From: Eledone cirrhosa
Taxonomy: Eukaryota
Reading direction: 5' to 3'
Assembly (NCBI GenBank): GCA_964016885.1
Contig: OZ024740.1
Location: 198,028,001-198,092,000, forward strand
DNA: 64,000 nucleotides
Shown: positions 45,496 through 58,687 of the stretch, piece by piece
How the letters are laid out: every line of letters begins with the position of its first letter
Numbering within the stretch: the stretch's first letter is position 1
Program-made: the position numbers and the translations under genes
The notes under the pieces: model-generated
Databases searched by the model: none
Told to the model about the DNA's origin: nothing
The model's input: the letters and a program-made list of their open reading frames with translations, nothing else

Positions 45496-45695
45496 TTATA
45501 TTTGTATATATATATATATACAGATTAGAGCAAACATCACGAGCGCTCTATCTCAAAATTATTTTTGAAAAGCATTAGAAATGCGCAACCGCTAAAAACT
45601 TAAAACTAAAACTGAATACTAACCAATACTTATTACTAATTTATACTTATTCCTAATTAAACTATTTTTCAGCATTTAAACATTTCTCAGCATTT

Positions 45696-45758
<63 letters not shown>

Positions 45759-45761
45759 TAA

Positions 45762-45800
<39 letters not shown>

Positions 45801-45802
45801 TT

Positions 45803-45834
<32 letters not shown>

Positions 45835-45873
45835 AATATACATATATATATATAAAAATATATATTTATATAA

Positions 45874-46172
<299 letters not shown>

Positions 46173-46199
46173 TCAGAGAGAGAGAGGTTGTAGTTTGCT

Positions 46200-47050
46200 T
46201 GAAGCACTGTGTTAGTGTAAAAATCAATATGTTATCTGAAGGCTACGACAAGGCAAAATGGATGGTAGATTTTGGGATTATTTGAAGGCAACAAAGATGT
46301 TGGTGTGTCACCTGATATATTATTTACCTGTCCTAATATTTCGGGTCTAAAAACACTTCGTCAGAAGATTTTAATGAGTGACTGGCTCAGAGTTCGTACG
46401 TATATTGTTTAGAGGTTCGCCATTTATTACGTTTTTTTTAAGCGGTGCTTTATTCATAGCTGTCGGAAGTGATAGGAGAATGAAGTCGTCTGTGGACTGA
46501 TATGTATAATGCTCTGTGAACGTGCTTCTATCAAATAATATGTGCTTTTGCTTGTTTTTATATCGAATCTTTCTATTCAAATAATGCATCAACTTGTAAT
46601 AGATTGGATAAAATAGCTATTCTGGATTGAACTGTGTTTGGGCTGCGTATGCGTGCGTTTATATCACATGTGTGAGTTATTATGGCCGAGGTTATGAGTA
46701 TGTGTTTTTATGTTAAGTATTGTGTGCTGCGTTCTAATATGTTGTTGATTTGTAGGTTAAGCTTAGGTATTAGTGTTTTTTTCATTGATTCTAGGTTCTT
46801 CTACGTACTTCTCCCTGGCTTCAATAGTAACTGTTAGTGTTTCCTGAAGAAGGATGGATGTGTAGTGAGGTGTGAAGAGGTCTAATGGTACTACGTATGT
46901 GGGTGTCCTTACATTTGTCTCAATGAATGCTATGTATCACGTATGCTCGCTGGTACATGCCTGTGGGACGAACGGGGCAGTTTGCCAGCGGGCAATGTAT
47001 GTTGTTGTCCCTGGGACGCTTTTTCATAGGTTTCCTCGTACTGCTTTATA
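46200..47050 (-). mobile_element. Penelope-like relic (RT thumb, GIY-YIG remnant, pLTR with hammerhead)
   Basis: Degenerate ORF 46371-46592 (KQKH..., STFTEH) followed directly by a hammerhead motif. Confidence 0.6.
46331..46368 (-). ncRNA. Minimal hammerhead in Penelope pLTR
   Basis: tctt ctgacga agtgtttttagaccc gaaa ta tt agga, 3 nt after the stop of ORF 46371-46592. Confidence 0.65.
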
Positions 47051-47099
47051 CAATAACACAATGCCTCAAGCAAACAACAACACACCTCATTTCCCTACA

Positions 47100-48550
47100 C
47101 CCGAGCCAGACCCAGTTTGCAACTGCTAAAATCTCTTCCAACTATCGGAGAAACGGGATAATATCGGCTGCCAAATACACCGTAACACCCAACACAATCA
47201 AGAGTGTACACCTATCAATATTCTTCCATCTATCTAGCCTTAAACATTCATTAAACTACGTACACAAATTCTGCATAAAAACTCCTAAAACACTAACATC
47301 ACCTAATCCAACAACACATAAACATTCTCCGAAAAACTTCCCAAACTAACAATAACTCCGACGTCCCTGTTCCGAAGAACAACTCTATCTATAGATCAAT
47401 GCTACCACCCGACATGGTCAAAGAAGACGCCCCAACCACTGATTATTGATATACATCACACGAAGGGAAACCTCGCGTCATAGACTTATTGAGCTCCTCA
47501 ATCTTGGCTCTAAATTCATTCCATCACAATGACTAGAAGACAAAGTCAGCTCAAGTGGCTATCGGTCATTAACAACTACTCTGACAACACGATCGCTACA
47601 GCGACGAATTCTCTCACTGAATTTCCCACTCACCTCCTCAATCACCCACTCTATCCACTCCGGCCAGCCTCGAGTTCAATCCCAAACTCTCCAGATTAAA
47701 GCAGTCTATTTTCAACACTCTACAGGGACAAACAAGGACACTCCTCAACCTCTCAAGGACACAACAACTCGTTGTAAAATCCTACGAGAGAAGGACCCCG
47801 TATAAATCCATTCTGAGAAAGGGAAATATTTCTGCGTTATCATAGAAGGGCCACTCTGAAAAATCTCCATGCACTTCTCCCAGATCCTCAAGTTTATACT
47901 TTCCAACTTTCCCGGATGTCAGCATGTCATACATAGACTTCGTTAACCACCACAAGAACAATTTAAACTTAGAGATACAACTTTAGGCACGACATTGTGT
48001 CCCTCTACAGACCAGTACCCACCAACCTAGCAATTAAGCTAATGACTGATCCCTCATTTCTCATAACATATTCTAATTCGTACTCATCACGTCCGACATA
48101 CATCAATTCCTATCCACCATCATGGAAAACCATCTACTTTACCTTCCATAACCACACCTGAAATAAACAACAGGTGAACGTATGGTATCCAGCCTCTCAG
48201 GACTACTGGCCAACACCTACATGAACCAGCTGGAACGTCGCGCACTCATTACCTGCAACACATGTGCTTACTTCACCTGGTATATAGACGATATTCTTAT
48301 CCATACATCCTCCCGTGAAGAAGCCGACAGGATATGCACGTCGTTTTCCGAATCTGGACGATATTATACAGTTCAGCGTAACACAGATTGGCAACATTAG
48401 ATCCCTATCCCTATACAACATCCACACAAATTTCTACAGGACATTCGTCTGCAGAGACCTGATTGCCCTTTATAAATCTGCCGGTGTTAAAATCGTGTAC
48501 GTGAAGAATGAAATCACACGTATCCGGAACAAATTAAATACCAGGTGGCA
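47100..48550 (+). mobile_element. Penelope-like RT relic
   Basis: LLNLGSKFIP, IVSLY, SSLSGLLANTYMNQLE, WYIDDILI, KIVYVKNEITRIRNK. Confidence 0.8.
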
Positions 48551-48634
48551 CTTCAACATCTTTGTTGCCTTCAATTTATTCCAAATTCAACCGTTCATAT
48601 TGCAATTGTCGTTGCCTTCACATTGCATACTGCA

Positions 48635-48754
<120 letters not shown>

Positions 48755-48790
48755 TGGGTCCGTCAACACCTTATTATATATATATATATA

Positions 48791-48902
48791 TTGAGTTCAA
48801 ATCCCGCCGAGGTTAACTTTGCCTTTCATCCTTACGGGGTCGATAAAATAAAGTACCAGTAATGTACTGGGTAATTTCTGGCCTTGTGCCAATAGTAGAA
48901 AC

Positions 48903-48937
<35 letters not shown>

Positions 48938-48959
48938 TGGTGGGTCCGTCAACACCTTA

Positions 48960-49007
<48 letters not shown>

Positions 49008-49785
49008 TTGCTTAAACTTTAATCTATTATTTTAATAAATATTTGTTCTACGGTTCTTATATATTTGATATATATTCATCCTTATCGAACCCTCTTTGGA
49101 TTTTAGTCTTCACATTTATTTTATTACTATATATATATATATATATGTATGTATAATGAGATAGAAGTTTTAGTTCAACTTGTGAGTTGATGGTAACCGA
49201 TTAATTCTTCAAGAAGGTCATTACGTGTGATTAAGAACAAAATTTGTTGAGCTGAAACATCGATCTCTTTTTTTAAATATACTACGTCAATAACAAACAT
49301 AGGTCACTATTAATTCACACATGAGGGCAGTGGAATGGCAGTATCGGTAGAGGGTCGAACGCCATGTTTTTCATAGAAGTGTTACGGCCCTTTATGATCT
49401 GAGTTCAAATGCCGCCGAGGTTAACTTTGCCTTTCATCCTTACGGGGTTGATAAAATAAAGTACCAGTCACGCACTGGGTTTGATTAATCGACTTTCCCC
49501 TCCCTCAAAATTGCTGGCCCTGTGTGTGCCTATATAAGAAACCATTATTAATTCGCACATAAGGGCAGTGGAATGGCAGTATCGGTAGAGAGTTGGACAC
49601 CTTGCTTTGCAGCATAGAGTTACGGTCCTTTGCGGTCAGAGTTCAAATCCCGCCGAGGTTAACTTTGCCTTTCATCCTTACGGGGTCGATAAAATAAAGT
49701 ACCAGTAATGTACTGGGGTCGATTTAATCGACTTTCCCCTCCGCCAAAATTGCTGGCCTTGTGCCTATATAAGAAACAATTATTA
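48791..49785 (+). mobile_element. SINE family A: truncated copy 48791-48908 and two tandem copies 49324-49785
   Basis: Same core, three times. Confidence 0.85.
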
Positions 49786-50135
49786 ATTCACACATGGTCG
49801 GACATTATTAAATCACACATGTATATACATACTGCTGTACATCTGTATACATATATGTATGTACGTATACATACATACTTACATTTAAGTATCAGCCGTA
49901 CTAAGAGTGAGAAATCAAATTTCATTTTTTCCATTTATATATATATATAAAAGATAGAGTGTGGTAAAAACTATCCCATAACCCACCAGAGTACTCGATA
50001 CCTAGGGTAATAGAGTGGGTAATATGAAAAGATTCAGGACCCCTATGGCTGAGCTCCGGCCGTTTCGACAGCTAGCCCCGAACTGTTTGGATCTAGCTGT
50101 CGAAACGCCCGCTCAGTAGTCGGAGTCCTGAATCT

Positions 50136-50202
<67 letters not shown>

Positions 50203-50569
50203 CATATAGCGAGACTCTCTGATATTAGTCTTGTAGCTTGTATTCCCGTCAATGAAGTTTTGGCATATTTTAAACTGCGTGTAAATACTTCTCTTGGATA
50301 TTTTTAGCTATCTCTTCAGTTATTCATGAATTTTAGTGACAAGTGACTTTCTGTTCAATATGTACTACTCATTAGTTGTTGTGTTACTATACATGGCGTT
50401 TTGGGGTGCTATTTCTAGCGTTATTACGAACCTGCTATATTGTCCTGATATACAGATATTCGTTTGTTAGTCGAAATATTCACGCGTTTTATTGAACGAA
50501 CCGTGCTGTTTCGATAAGGATAAGTTCTGGATACTATCTATTGCATATTATTTACTACTGCCAAAGAAC

Positions 50570-50661
50570 CCCTCTGATGACGAAATTTATTCCAATATTG
50601 GTTGTCTAAATTTATTAGGATAATTAATATTATTTCTTAAATTCAGAAACTGCAGTCAGGG
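50570..50661 (+). ncRNA. Type I hammerhead ribozyme with long stem II
   Basis: ccct ctgatga c gaaattta...taaattc a gaaa ctgcag tc aggg (GUC site). Confidence 0.8.
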
Positions 50662-50853
50662 AAATGATACAAGTGAAACTGTTATATTAGTTTATCTAGA
50701 TTGTGAAGATTTTGGCATAAGTTAAACTGTCTAAATGATTCTCTGATTCAGCGATCTTTTCATTGAGATGTCCAAGTATATTAGTGACAAATAATTTTAT
50801 GATTGATATACACTTACATATATACATACATACACGCATACACATACACGCCT

Positions 50854-50974
<121 letters not shown>

Positions 50975-51889
50975 AATGAAAGTATAGAAATTATTGGGAG
51001 CATGAAGCCAACAGTATTTCATAATATATATATGTATGTGTGTGTATGTGTTGGTCCTCTATCTTTACACTTGCGTCTCTCTGTGATTATGTACCATGAA
51101 CTGGTTGTTCGAATAAGCCAAGGTGGTGCGGCAGCATGGCCGTGAATACGTATGTATGTGTGCACGTAATAATTTCACTATCGAATGCTTCCGACTTTTA
51201 AATGATTCCGTTATTTCAATTTTTCGTTCTTTCAATGCAACACTTATGTAGATGTTGATGAATATATTTGAAATAATGCAATATACCATGCTTACCGTCA
51301 CCTCTCCTCTTCATAATCCTCACGGTTGGATAACATCCGTAAGGTCGGCTGGTCTTGCTTGGTGATCCAGCCGGATCAATTGGAGACAGTTGCTTCTGAT
51401 AGGACCCGTTGGCGGGCGTGTTTGAGGAATCTTCCCCCAAGACCCTTCTAGGAATAAATGGGTAAAGAAGCACTATTCCGCCTAATTAAATATCCATTGA
51501 ATGGGGAGATGTTTACATTTTATGGAGTCTTAGAGTCGTTGTCGTTAGATACAATTTATTAGACATTTAAAAATAGTGTAATGTTTCTTCTTCTTCTTCT
51601 TCTTCTTCTTCTTTGTACATTTACTCCTGGAGTGGTCGTGGGAGCAGTGTCGTCTAGTGCGCCCGGCATCAGGTCCTATCAGAATCTACTTCTCACAATA
51701 AGCACATCTGAATTTATGAATGTTATTCATAATTTTGTTCTGTCATAATAGACAATTATTAATGACTATGGATGTTAGGGTAGATAATCGGACAGCATAC
51801 TTGGTGGTATTTAGTTTAGGCCCTTTACTTTCTATTTTCAAATCACGTCGATGTTAGCTTTGCCTCTCATTTTAACAGAGTCAATAAAA

Positions 51890-52073
51890 TAATTGTTTCT
51901 ACTTTAGGCACAAGTCCAGCAATTAACCAGTGCATTACTGGTACTTTATTTTATCGACCCCGTAAGGATGAAAGGCAAAGTTAACCTCGGCGGGATTTGA
52001 ACTCAGATCGTAAAGGGACGTAACTATGCTGGAAAGCATGGCGTCCGACCCTCTACCGATACTGCCAATCCAC
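51890..52073 (-). mobile_element. SINE family A, young copy inserted into an older plus-strand copy (about 51775-52160)
   Basis: aacagagtcaataaaataat is duplicated on both sides (about 51874-51893 and 52076-52095), TSD-like. Confidence 0.8.
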
Positions 52074-52336
52074 CCAACAGAGTCAATAAAATAATGTACC
52101 AGTAACTTACTGCGGTCGGTTTCCCCTTCCCTTTAAATTGCTGGCCGTGTGCAAAAATAGTGCCAAAAGTAGGATCGATTAACTAATAAAAGAATAAAAT
52201 TATGTGAGGCTAGAAAATTTTATCTGAAATAATTTGTTGAATCAGAAGTTGAAACTTATATTTTGTTAAAGTTCGCCTGGCCACTTGAATCACAAATAGC
52301 AGTTATTTCACCATTTTACTGTTGATTTCACAGCAG

Positions 52337-52368
<32 letters not shown>

Positions 52369-52683
52369 GAATGAACCTCGGTCGGTTTTGACGATGAGTG
52401 ATCCAGTTCTTCGATCAATGGAACAGCCTGTTCGTGAAGTTGAGTTCATCGATGAAAATCCTATCAAGGAGCCGTCGGTATTTTATCATACTGCGATCTT
52501 CAGCTTATCTAACAAAGTAGCCTGGATCTCATGCAGGCTACTTTGTATGTTACGACACTGTCCCTATAACTTTATTGATAGTTATAGGATCTGTAAGTAA
52601 CGAAATAAACGATAGAAGAAACAAAAATGTTTAACTAGAATGAAATATGTGGCTCTTTCTGGCCTAATCTGGCCCATACTTAC

Positions 52684-53744
52684 CCAATACGATAGCTAAA
52701 GTCTTTGTGGCTTTCTTTTCCTTCCTCATGGCACCCTTTGTGCCGTGGTTATCTTTCTTTTTTTTTACCTCTTTCTTGTGGAAGTTAAATTTTGTCAAAG
52801 TCTTTTTCTTAGCTGAACCGCCTCTTTTATTAAGTCCTGCAAATTTCTGTTTGGGCGGCGAAAGTAAGGTTTTTCGAGGAAGCGATACCACTATATCTGC
52901 AGGAGTAGTAGGAGTGGAAGCCGCAGCGCCAGCTGCAGCAGCAGCGGCCGCAGCAGTAGCAGCAGCAACAGTAGCAGCAGCAGTGGTTGTTGATGACGAT
53001 GAGGTACTAGTAGTTGTTGTTGTAGTAGTCGATGTGGCTGCGTTAAACTGTGTTTCTAGTTCAACATTAGACGGTGCCACGCAAGCCTGGAGACCGTCTT
53101 GTTTCAATGACGTTCTCTCATCGTTTACATCGTTCAGCATCATGCCTCCTGTTGTGTTGCTATTTTCTATAACATGTCCTTTTATTTCACTACTGGGGGT
53201 GCTCTTTGGCCCACTGTCGTCATCCATATTATCATCATACAAATCATCATCATTCAAGCCAGCATCATTACAAGCTGCCGTATTCACAAGAACCTCGTCT
53301 TTCAACCGTCCTCGCCCGACATTGTTAGCAGAATCCCCACGTTTCGTACCAAACTTAGAATCATCATTATCTAACTTCATATCAACTTTGCTCGTAGTTG
53401 CTTTATTTTCTATAACATTTGCCAGCGCTTCACGTTCGAGTTTTTGCTTGGCTTTTTTCTCTTTTACTTTTCGACTGCGGAGCATTAGTACTCGGTATAT
53501 TCTCCAGTATAGAAAAATCATCACAATTGACGGTATATAGAAAGAGCCCATGGAGGAATATATAAGGAAATCTGAGTTGAAAAATGCACAGTCTAATGGC
53601 TGACGTTTGTCAGAGTAATTAACTCCTAAAGCTATTGGAGCAGCAATGGCGATTGATATAAGCCAGACGAGTCCTATCATTACGTAGACCCGTTTAGAAT
53701 TCTTGTGTTTTGAGTACTTTATTGGTTGAGTGACAGCAATAAAT
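52684..53744 (-). CDS. D2-like dopamine receptor (invertebrate Dop2R/DOP3 type GPCR), internal exon: end of TM3 (DR|F), TM4, TM5, long ICL3, start of TM6
   Basis: Translation RFIAVTQPIKYSKHKNSKRV...CAFFNSDFLIYSSMGSFYIPSIVMIFLYWRIY...KEKKATKTLAIVLG. Acceptor ttttatattttcag ends at 53745; donor G|gtaagt starts at 52683. Length 1061 = 1+353x3+1, phases consistent. Confidence 0.92.
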
Positions 53745-54476
53745 CTGAAAATATAAAACAGAAAGAGAACCACGTTATCGATAAGTTGTCAGAAAGGCAA
53801 GAATCACTCACTAACACATACACAAATACAAATATATACAGAAACACATCCACACACACACACACACACAAACATATACAGAAACACACACACAAGCACA
53901 AACATATACAGAAACACACACACACATTCAAACACAAAGAAATACACAAACACAAACACAAACATTTACAAAAACAGAAAGACACAGATACATAAAGACG
54001 TAGATTTTACAAATACGTATACACAAACATATTCACAAATACAGAAACGCATACATATACAAACACAAACGCAAACACAAACACAAACACAAATATACAA
54101 GCACATATATGAACAGACATGCATACGTACACAAACGCACATCTACGCAAACACATATGCGCAGGTACTCACACACACGAACACACATATATGCAAATAC
54201 AAATATACAATCACACATATACACAGACACAAATATAAACGAACATAGAAACAGTAGATGAAAGGCCTTCACATACAGGCGTCGACAAACATTTGTTCAC
54301 ACATAAACAGTTCTGGTAATGCAATAAAATATACCGACTCGGTGTAAAGTCCTGTAGAGACGTTCAATTTCTCTGCCAACAAATTATTTTTATGACTAGA
54401 CATAATGGATTTATGATAAAATAACATAGACCCACATTAGAATAGTTTGGGCAGCTGAAACACATATATCTACGTA

Positions 54477-54535
<59 letters not shown>

Positions 54536-54674
54536 ACACACCCACACACGCATACACACACACACACACGCATACACACACACACACACACACACAGACA
54601 CACAGACACACACACAGACACACACATACACACATGTTAGAAATTATTATAACTATAATTTGTTATGTTTTTAT

Positions 54675-54862
54675 TATTGTTTCTACTTTAGGCACAAGGC
54701 CAGCAATTACCCAGTACATTACTGGTACTTTATTTTATCGACCCCGTAAGGATGAAAGGCAAAGTTAACCTCGGCGGGATTTGAACTCAGAATGTAAAGG
54801 GACGTAACTATGCTAGAAAGCATGGCGTCCAACCCTCTAGCGATACTGCCAATTCACCGCCT
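54675..54862 (-). mobile_element. SINE family A
   Basis: Same core; ttatgtttttattattgtt on both flanks, TSD-like. Confidence 0.85.
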
Positions 54863-55466
54863 TTATGTTTTTATTATTGTTATTGCTTCTGTAATTACTA
54901 TAATTATTCCTACCTGCATTGATTCCTAACTCTCCGCCATTGTTGATAACAATGTCGAAGATTTAGAAAGTTGATAGAACGAAGAAAAAATCGAAGTTAT
55001 ATATCAGTTGGAATAGAACCAATATGGCATCTTAGGTGTTATTTGAATAATCCCCCCTTCTTTATTCTTACATCATTCCTTCTCTGGCCACTAGCAATAT
55101 AACAACAATACGCTTGAAGAAGCGTGACTAACTGGCGTGGCAAGCAGGCTTTCTTAAAACAACTAATGTTTTCTTTCAACACATTAGGTTTTCTATAATT
55201 TGTGTTTTTTCAATATCTTTTTCAGGTAAACATTTTCTTGAAATAGTGTTCAATAATGCTTATTTGGTTTATGAAACCACACCATTTAATTTCTGTGTGT
55301 ATCATTAGTCCAGTGATCTGAAGGCCTTATCTATTTTCATTAAAGCAACGACGACATTGAAATCGCTCGTAAAATCTACGACCGGAAAATAATTAAAAAC
55401 AGAAAAAAGATTGGTTTCTTATAATATTAATGATTCCAGAACTGCTGCTGCTGCTGTTGCTGCTGT

Positions 55467-55524
<58 letters not shown>

Positions 55525-55689
55525 GAAGATCATGATGATGATGATGTAAAAATTGAAAGCGTATAAACAAATTAAACATAAAAATAAACAATAAATTAAT
55601 AACAATAAAAATCCCCCAATTTGGAGATCACCACCCAGGTGTAACTTAGAAACTCCACAGATACTAAACCACCCTAATCTCCAAGAGCA

Positions 55690-56162
55690 TCATAGCTAAC
55701 TGCCTCTCGTCTTCCGAAGCTCTACAGCCTCCAGGTATCGATGTTCGACCCCATCGAAAGCTTTCGATTGATGCAATTGATAGGAGCCCCACCGTAGCCA
55801 GGTCTACTTCTTACCCTCTCTTTATTTGTATCGCATGAGGTGGAGGTTGTCGGGGTTGTGCATTTTTGCGCCTCCCCGCCCTGTCCAACACTTGACAACA
55901 AGCACCAGCCTCGTTGCTAGTACCTTGGCCAAAATTTAGCTGTAGGTTGAACACAGTTTTGGGCTAGACGTTATTCACCATGCCCCTCTTGTTCTCATCT
56001 TTCCTCGTGAGCGTTATTATGCCCCGACTCACAGAACTGGGAATTCTTCCGTTCTGCTACCTGTTACAGTAGACGGCTTCAAAGAGTTATGGGAACAAAT
56101 CTGGCATGTCTACGTAAAGCTCGTAGGGCAGATCAACCCAACTGGGTGATTTGCGTTTTGTG
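55690..56162 (-). mobile_element. Diverged RT fragment of a related Tx1/L1 family
   Basis: Reverse complement aligns by eye with about 9235-9670 (caaacgcaaatc...gggaattcccagttctg...aggaaagatgagaacaagagg). Confidence 0.85.
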
Positions 56163-56806
56163 GTTAGGGTATTCATCAAAAAATTGTAATGGCATGCGTT
56201 CGAGACTAGTTAAAGGTTTAATGTGTTAGGCAGACTATAGTAAGGTTTTGAGCTCGATTTTCAGCAGTGCTTTGTATCCTTGAGGAAGACACTTTATTTC
56301 ACGTTTCTCCAGTCAATTCAACTGGCAAGAATAAGTTGTATCTGTGTTTCAAAGGACCAGCTACGTCACATATTCTATCTGACAGAATCTTACGGTGAAA
56401 TGCATTAAGGGTAGATGTGCTTTAGGAACGCTTAGTCACTTTCACGTTAACGTTATGATTAGGTTGTTCTGTTGTTCAAAGAAGTAGAAAACGCGTCATC
56501 GTTACCGACATAAGTCCAAAACAAGAATCCCCGCTAATCTAGTCATTTCAGGCTTTCAGAGCCAGAAAACACAAGACAATTCTATGCAGCATTATATCGA
56601 TACTGTCATCCATTGCATGAGAAATAATATCAATATTTGACACTGCTATTAACTTTTATTATTTAACCATCAATTTTTATGTCATCTTTCAAAATATTTG
56701 ATGAAATAATATATTTATGTGGCCATGTGTGTATATATGTATAGGTATTGGACTGCAAGTGTTTGTGTCTGGGAATATGACGTGCGTGTGTATGTGTGTG
56801 TGTGTA

Positions 56807-56863
<57 letters not shown>

Positions 56864-57217
56864 GAGAGAGAGATAAGGAGAGGAGGGAAAAGAGGGAAAA
56901 AGATAATTTGATCAAGTGAGATGTCTTGAATATTATTGTAATTATTCCTTTTTCTTCGAATTTATTTATTTATTTTCCGAATTCATATTTAAAAAAAAAA
57001 CGTTTGTTACCTGGTATTTATTATTATCTTGTTTTCGTCCTGATATATATATATATATATTGGAATAAATGCTCTGAAATAGCGATATATATGTGAATAT
57101 AGACATAGAATATTCGAAAATATTCTGTATGTTTATAATAAACATTTTGAAGACCTAATCGCTATAGAATAAAATACGTCACGTATTACAATTAGATTCT
57201 CGATAAAAGCAAGGGAA

Positions 57218-57260
57218 GTAATCTACGCGTTTCATTCTTATTAGAAATCTTCAGGACTAC
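57218..57260 (-). ncRNA. Type I hammerhead ribozyme (array unit)
   Basis: GUAGUC-CUGAAGA-u-UUCU(aaua)AGAA-u-GAAA-CGCG-UA^GAUUAC. Confidence 0.9.
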
Positions 57261-57527
57261 ATATCCAGTGCTTTTATCGAGAATGACACAGCTAGAGACT
57301 TATAGAATACTTAGCTGTGTACAGGAACTGGTTTGAAAGAGCGGTTGCCGGTCCGGCAGAAATTAGAAATTGGAATAAATGCTCTGAAATAGCGATATAT
57401 ATGTGAATATAGACATAGAATATTCGAAAATATTCTGTATGTTTATAATAAACATTTTGAAGACCTAATCGCTATAGAATAGAATACGTCACGTATTACA
57501 ATTAGATTCTCGATAAAAGCAAGGGAA

Positions 57528-57570
57528 GTAATCTACGCGTTTCATTCTTATTAGAAATCTTCAGGACTAC
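57528..57570 (-). ncRNA. Type I hammerhead ribozyme (array unit)
   Basis: Identical motif 310 bp from the previous copy. Confidence 0.9.
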
Positions 57571-57904
57571 ATATCCAGTGCTTTTATCGAGAATGACACA
57601 GCTAGAGACTTATAGAATACTTAGCTGTGTACAGGAACTGGTTTGAAAGAGCGGTTGCCGGTCCGGCAGAAATTAGAAATTGGAATAAATGCTCTGAAAT
57701 AGCGATATATATGTGAATATAGACATACAGAATATTTTCGAATATTCTATGTCTATATTCACATATATATCGCTATTTCAGAGCATTTATTCCAATTTCT
57801 AATTTCTGCCGGACCGGCAACCGCTCTTTCAAACCAGTTCCTGTACACAGCTAAGTATTCTATAAGTCTCTAGCTGTGTCATTCTCGATAAAAGCACTGG
57901 ATAT

Positions 57905-57947
57905 GTAGTCCTGAAGATTTCTAATAAGAATGAAACGCGTAGATTAC
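57905..57947 (+). ncRNA. Type I hammerhead ribozyme (array unit)
   Basis: gtagtc ctgaaga tttctaataagaat gaaa cgcg ta gattac. Confidence 0.9.
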
Positions 57948-58214
57948 TTCCCTTGCTTTTATCGAGAATCTAATTGTAATACGTGACGTATTCTATTCTA
58001 TAGCGATTAGGTCTTCAAAATGTTTATTATAAACATACAGAATATTTTCGAATATTCTATGTCTATATTCACATATATATCGCTATTTCAGAGCATTTAT
58101 TCCAATTTCTAATTTCTGCCGGACCGGCAACCGCTCTTTCAAACCAGTTCCTGTACACAGCTAAGTATTCTATAAGTCTCTAGCTGTGTCATTCTCGATA
58201 AAAGCACTGGATAT

Positions 58215-58257
58215 GTAGTCCTGAAGATTTCTAATAAGAATGAAACGCGTAGATTAC
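58215..58257 (+). ncRNA. Type I hammerhead ribozyme (array unit)
   Basis: Identical motif. Confidence 0.9.
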
Positions 58258-58524
58258 TTCCCTTGCTTTTATCGAGAATCTAATTGTAATACGTGACGTA
58301 TTCTATTCTATAGCGATTAGGTCTTCAAAATGTTTATTATAAACATACAGAATATTTTCGAATATTCTATGTCTATATTCACATATATATCGCTATTTCA
58401 GAGCATTTATTCCATTTTCTAATTTCTGTCGGACCGGCAACCGCTCTTTCAAACCAGTTCCTGTACACAGCTAAGTATTCTATAAGTCTCTAGCTGTGTC
58501 ATTCTCGATAAAAGCACTGGATAT

Positions 58525-58567
58525 GTAGTCCTGAAGATTTCTAATAAGAATGAAACGCGTAGATTAC
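58525..58567 (+). ncRNA. Type I hammerhead ribozyme (array unit)
   Basis: Identical motif. Confidence 0.9.
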
Positions 58568-58687
58568 TTCCCTTGCTTTTATCGAGAATCTAATTGTAAT
58601 ACGTGACGTATTCTATTCTATAGCGATTAGGTCTTCAAAATGTTTATTATAAACATACAGAATATTTTCGAATATTCTATGTCTATA

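Noticed and set aside
46200-48550. Twin-priming 5' inversion of a single element
   Set aside because: Both pieces seem to cover the RT thumb, so they overlap rather than complement; too degenerate to decide.
52707-53540. 277-aa plus-strand ORF
   Set aside because: Antisense shadow of the receptor exon; no independent motifs.
52664-53773. Receptor ORF ends as given in the ORF track (also 43246 start)
   Set aside because: They run into introns; splice sites define 52684-53744 and 42968-43209.
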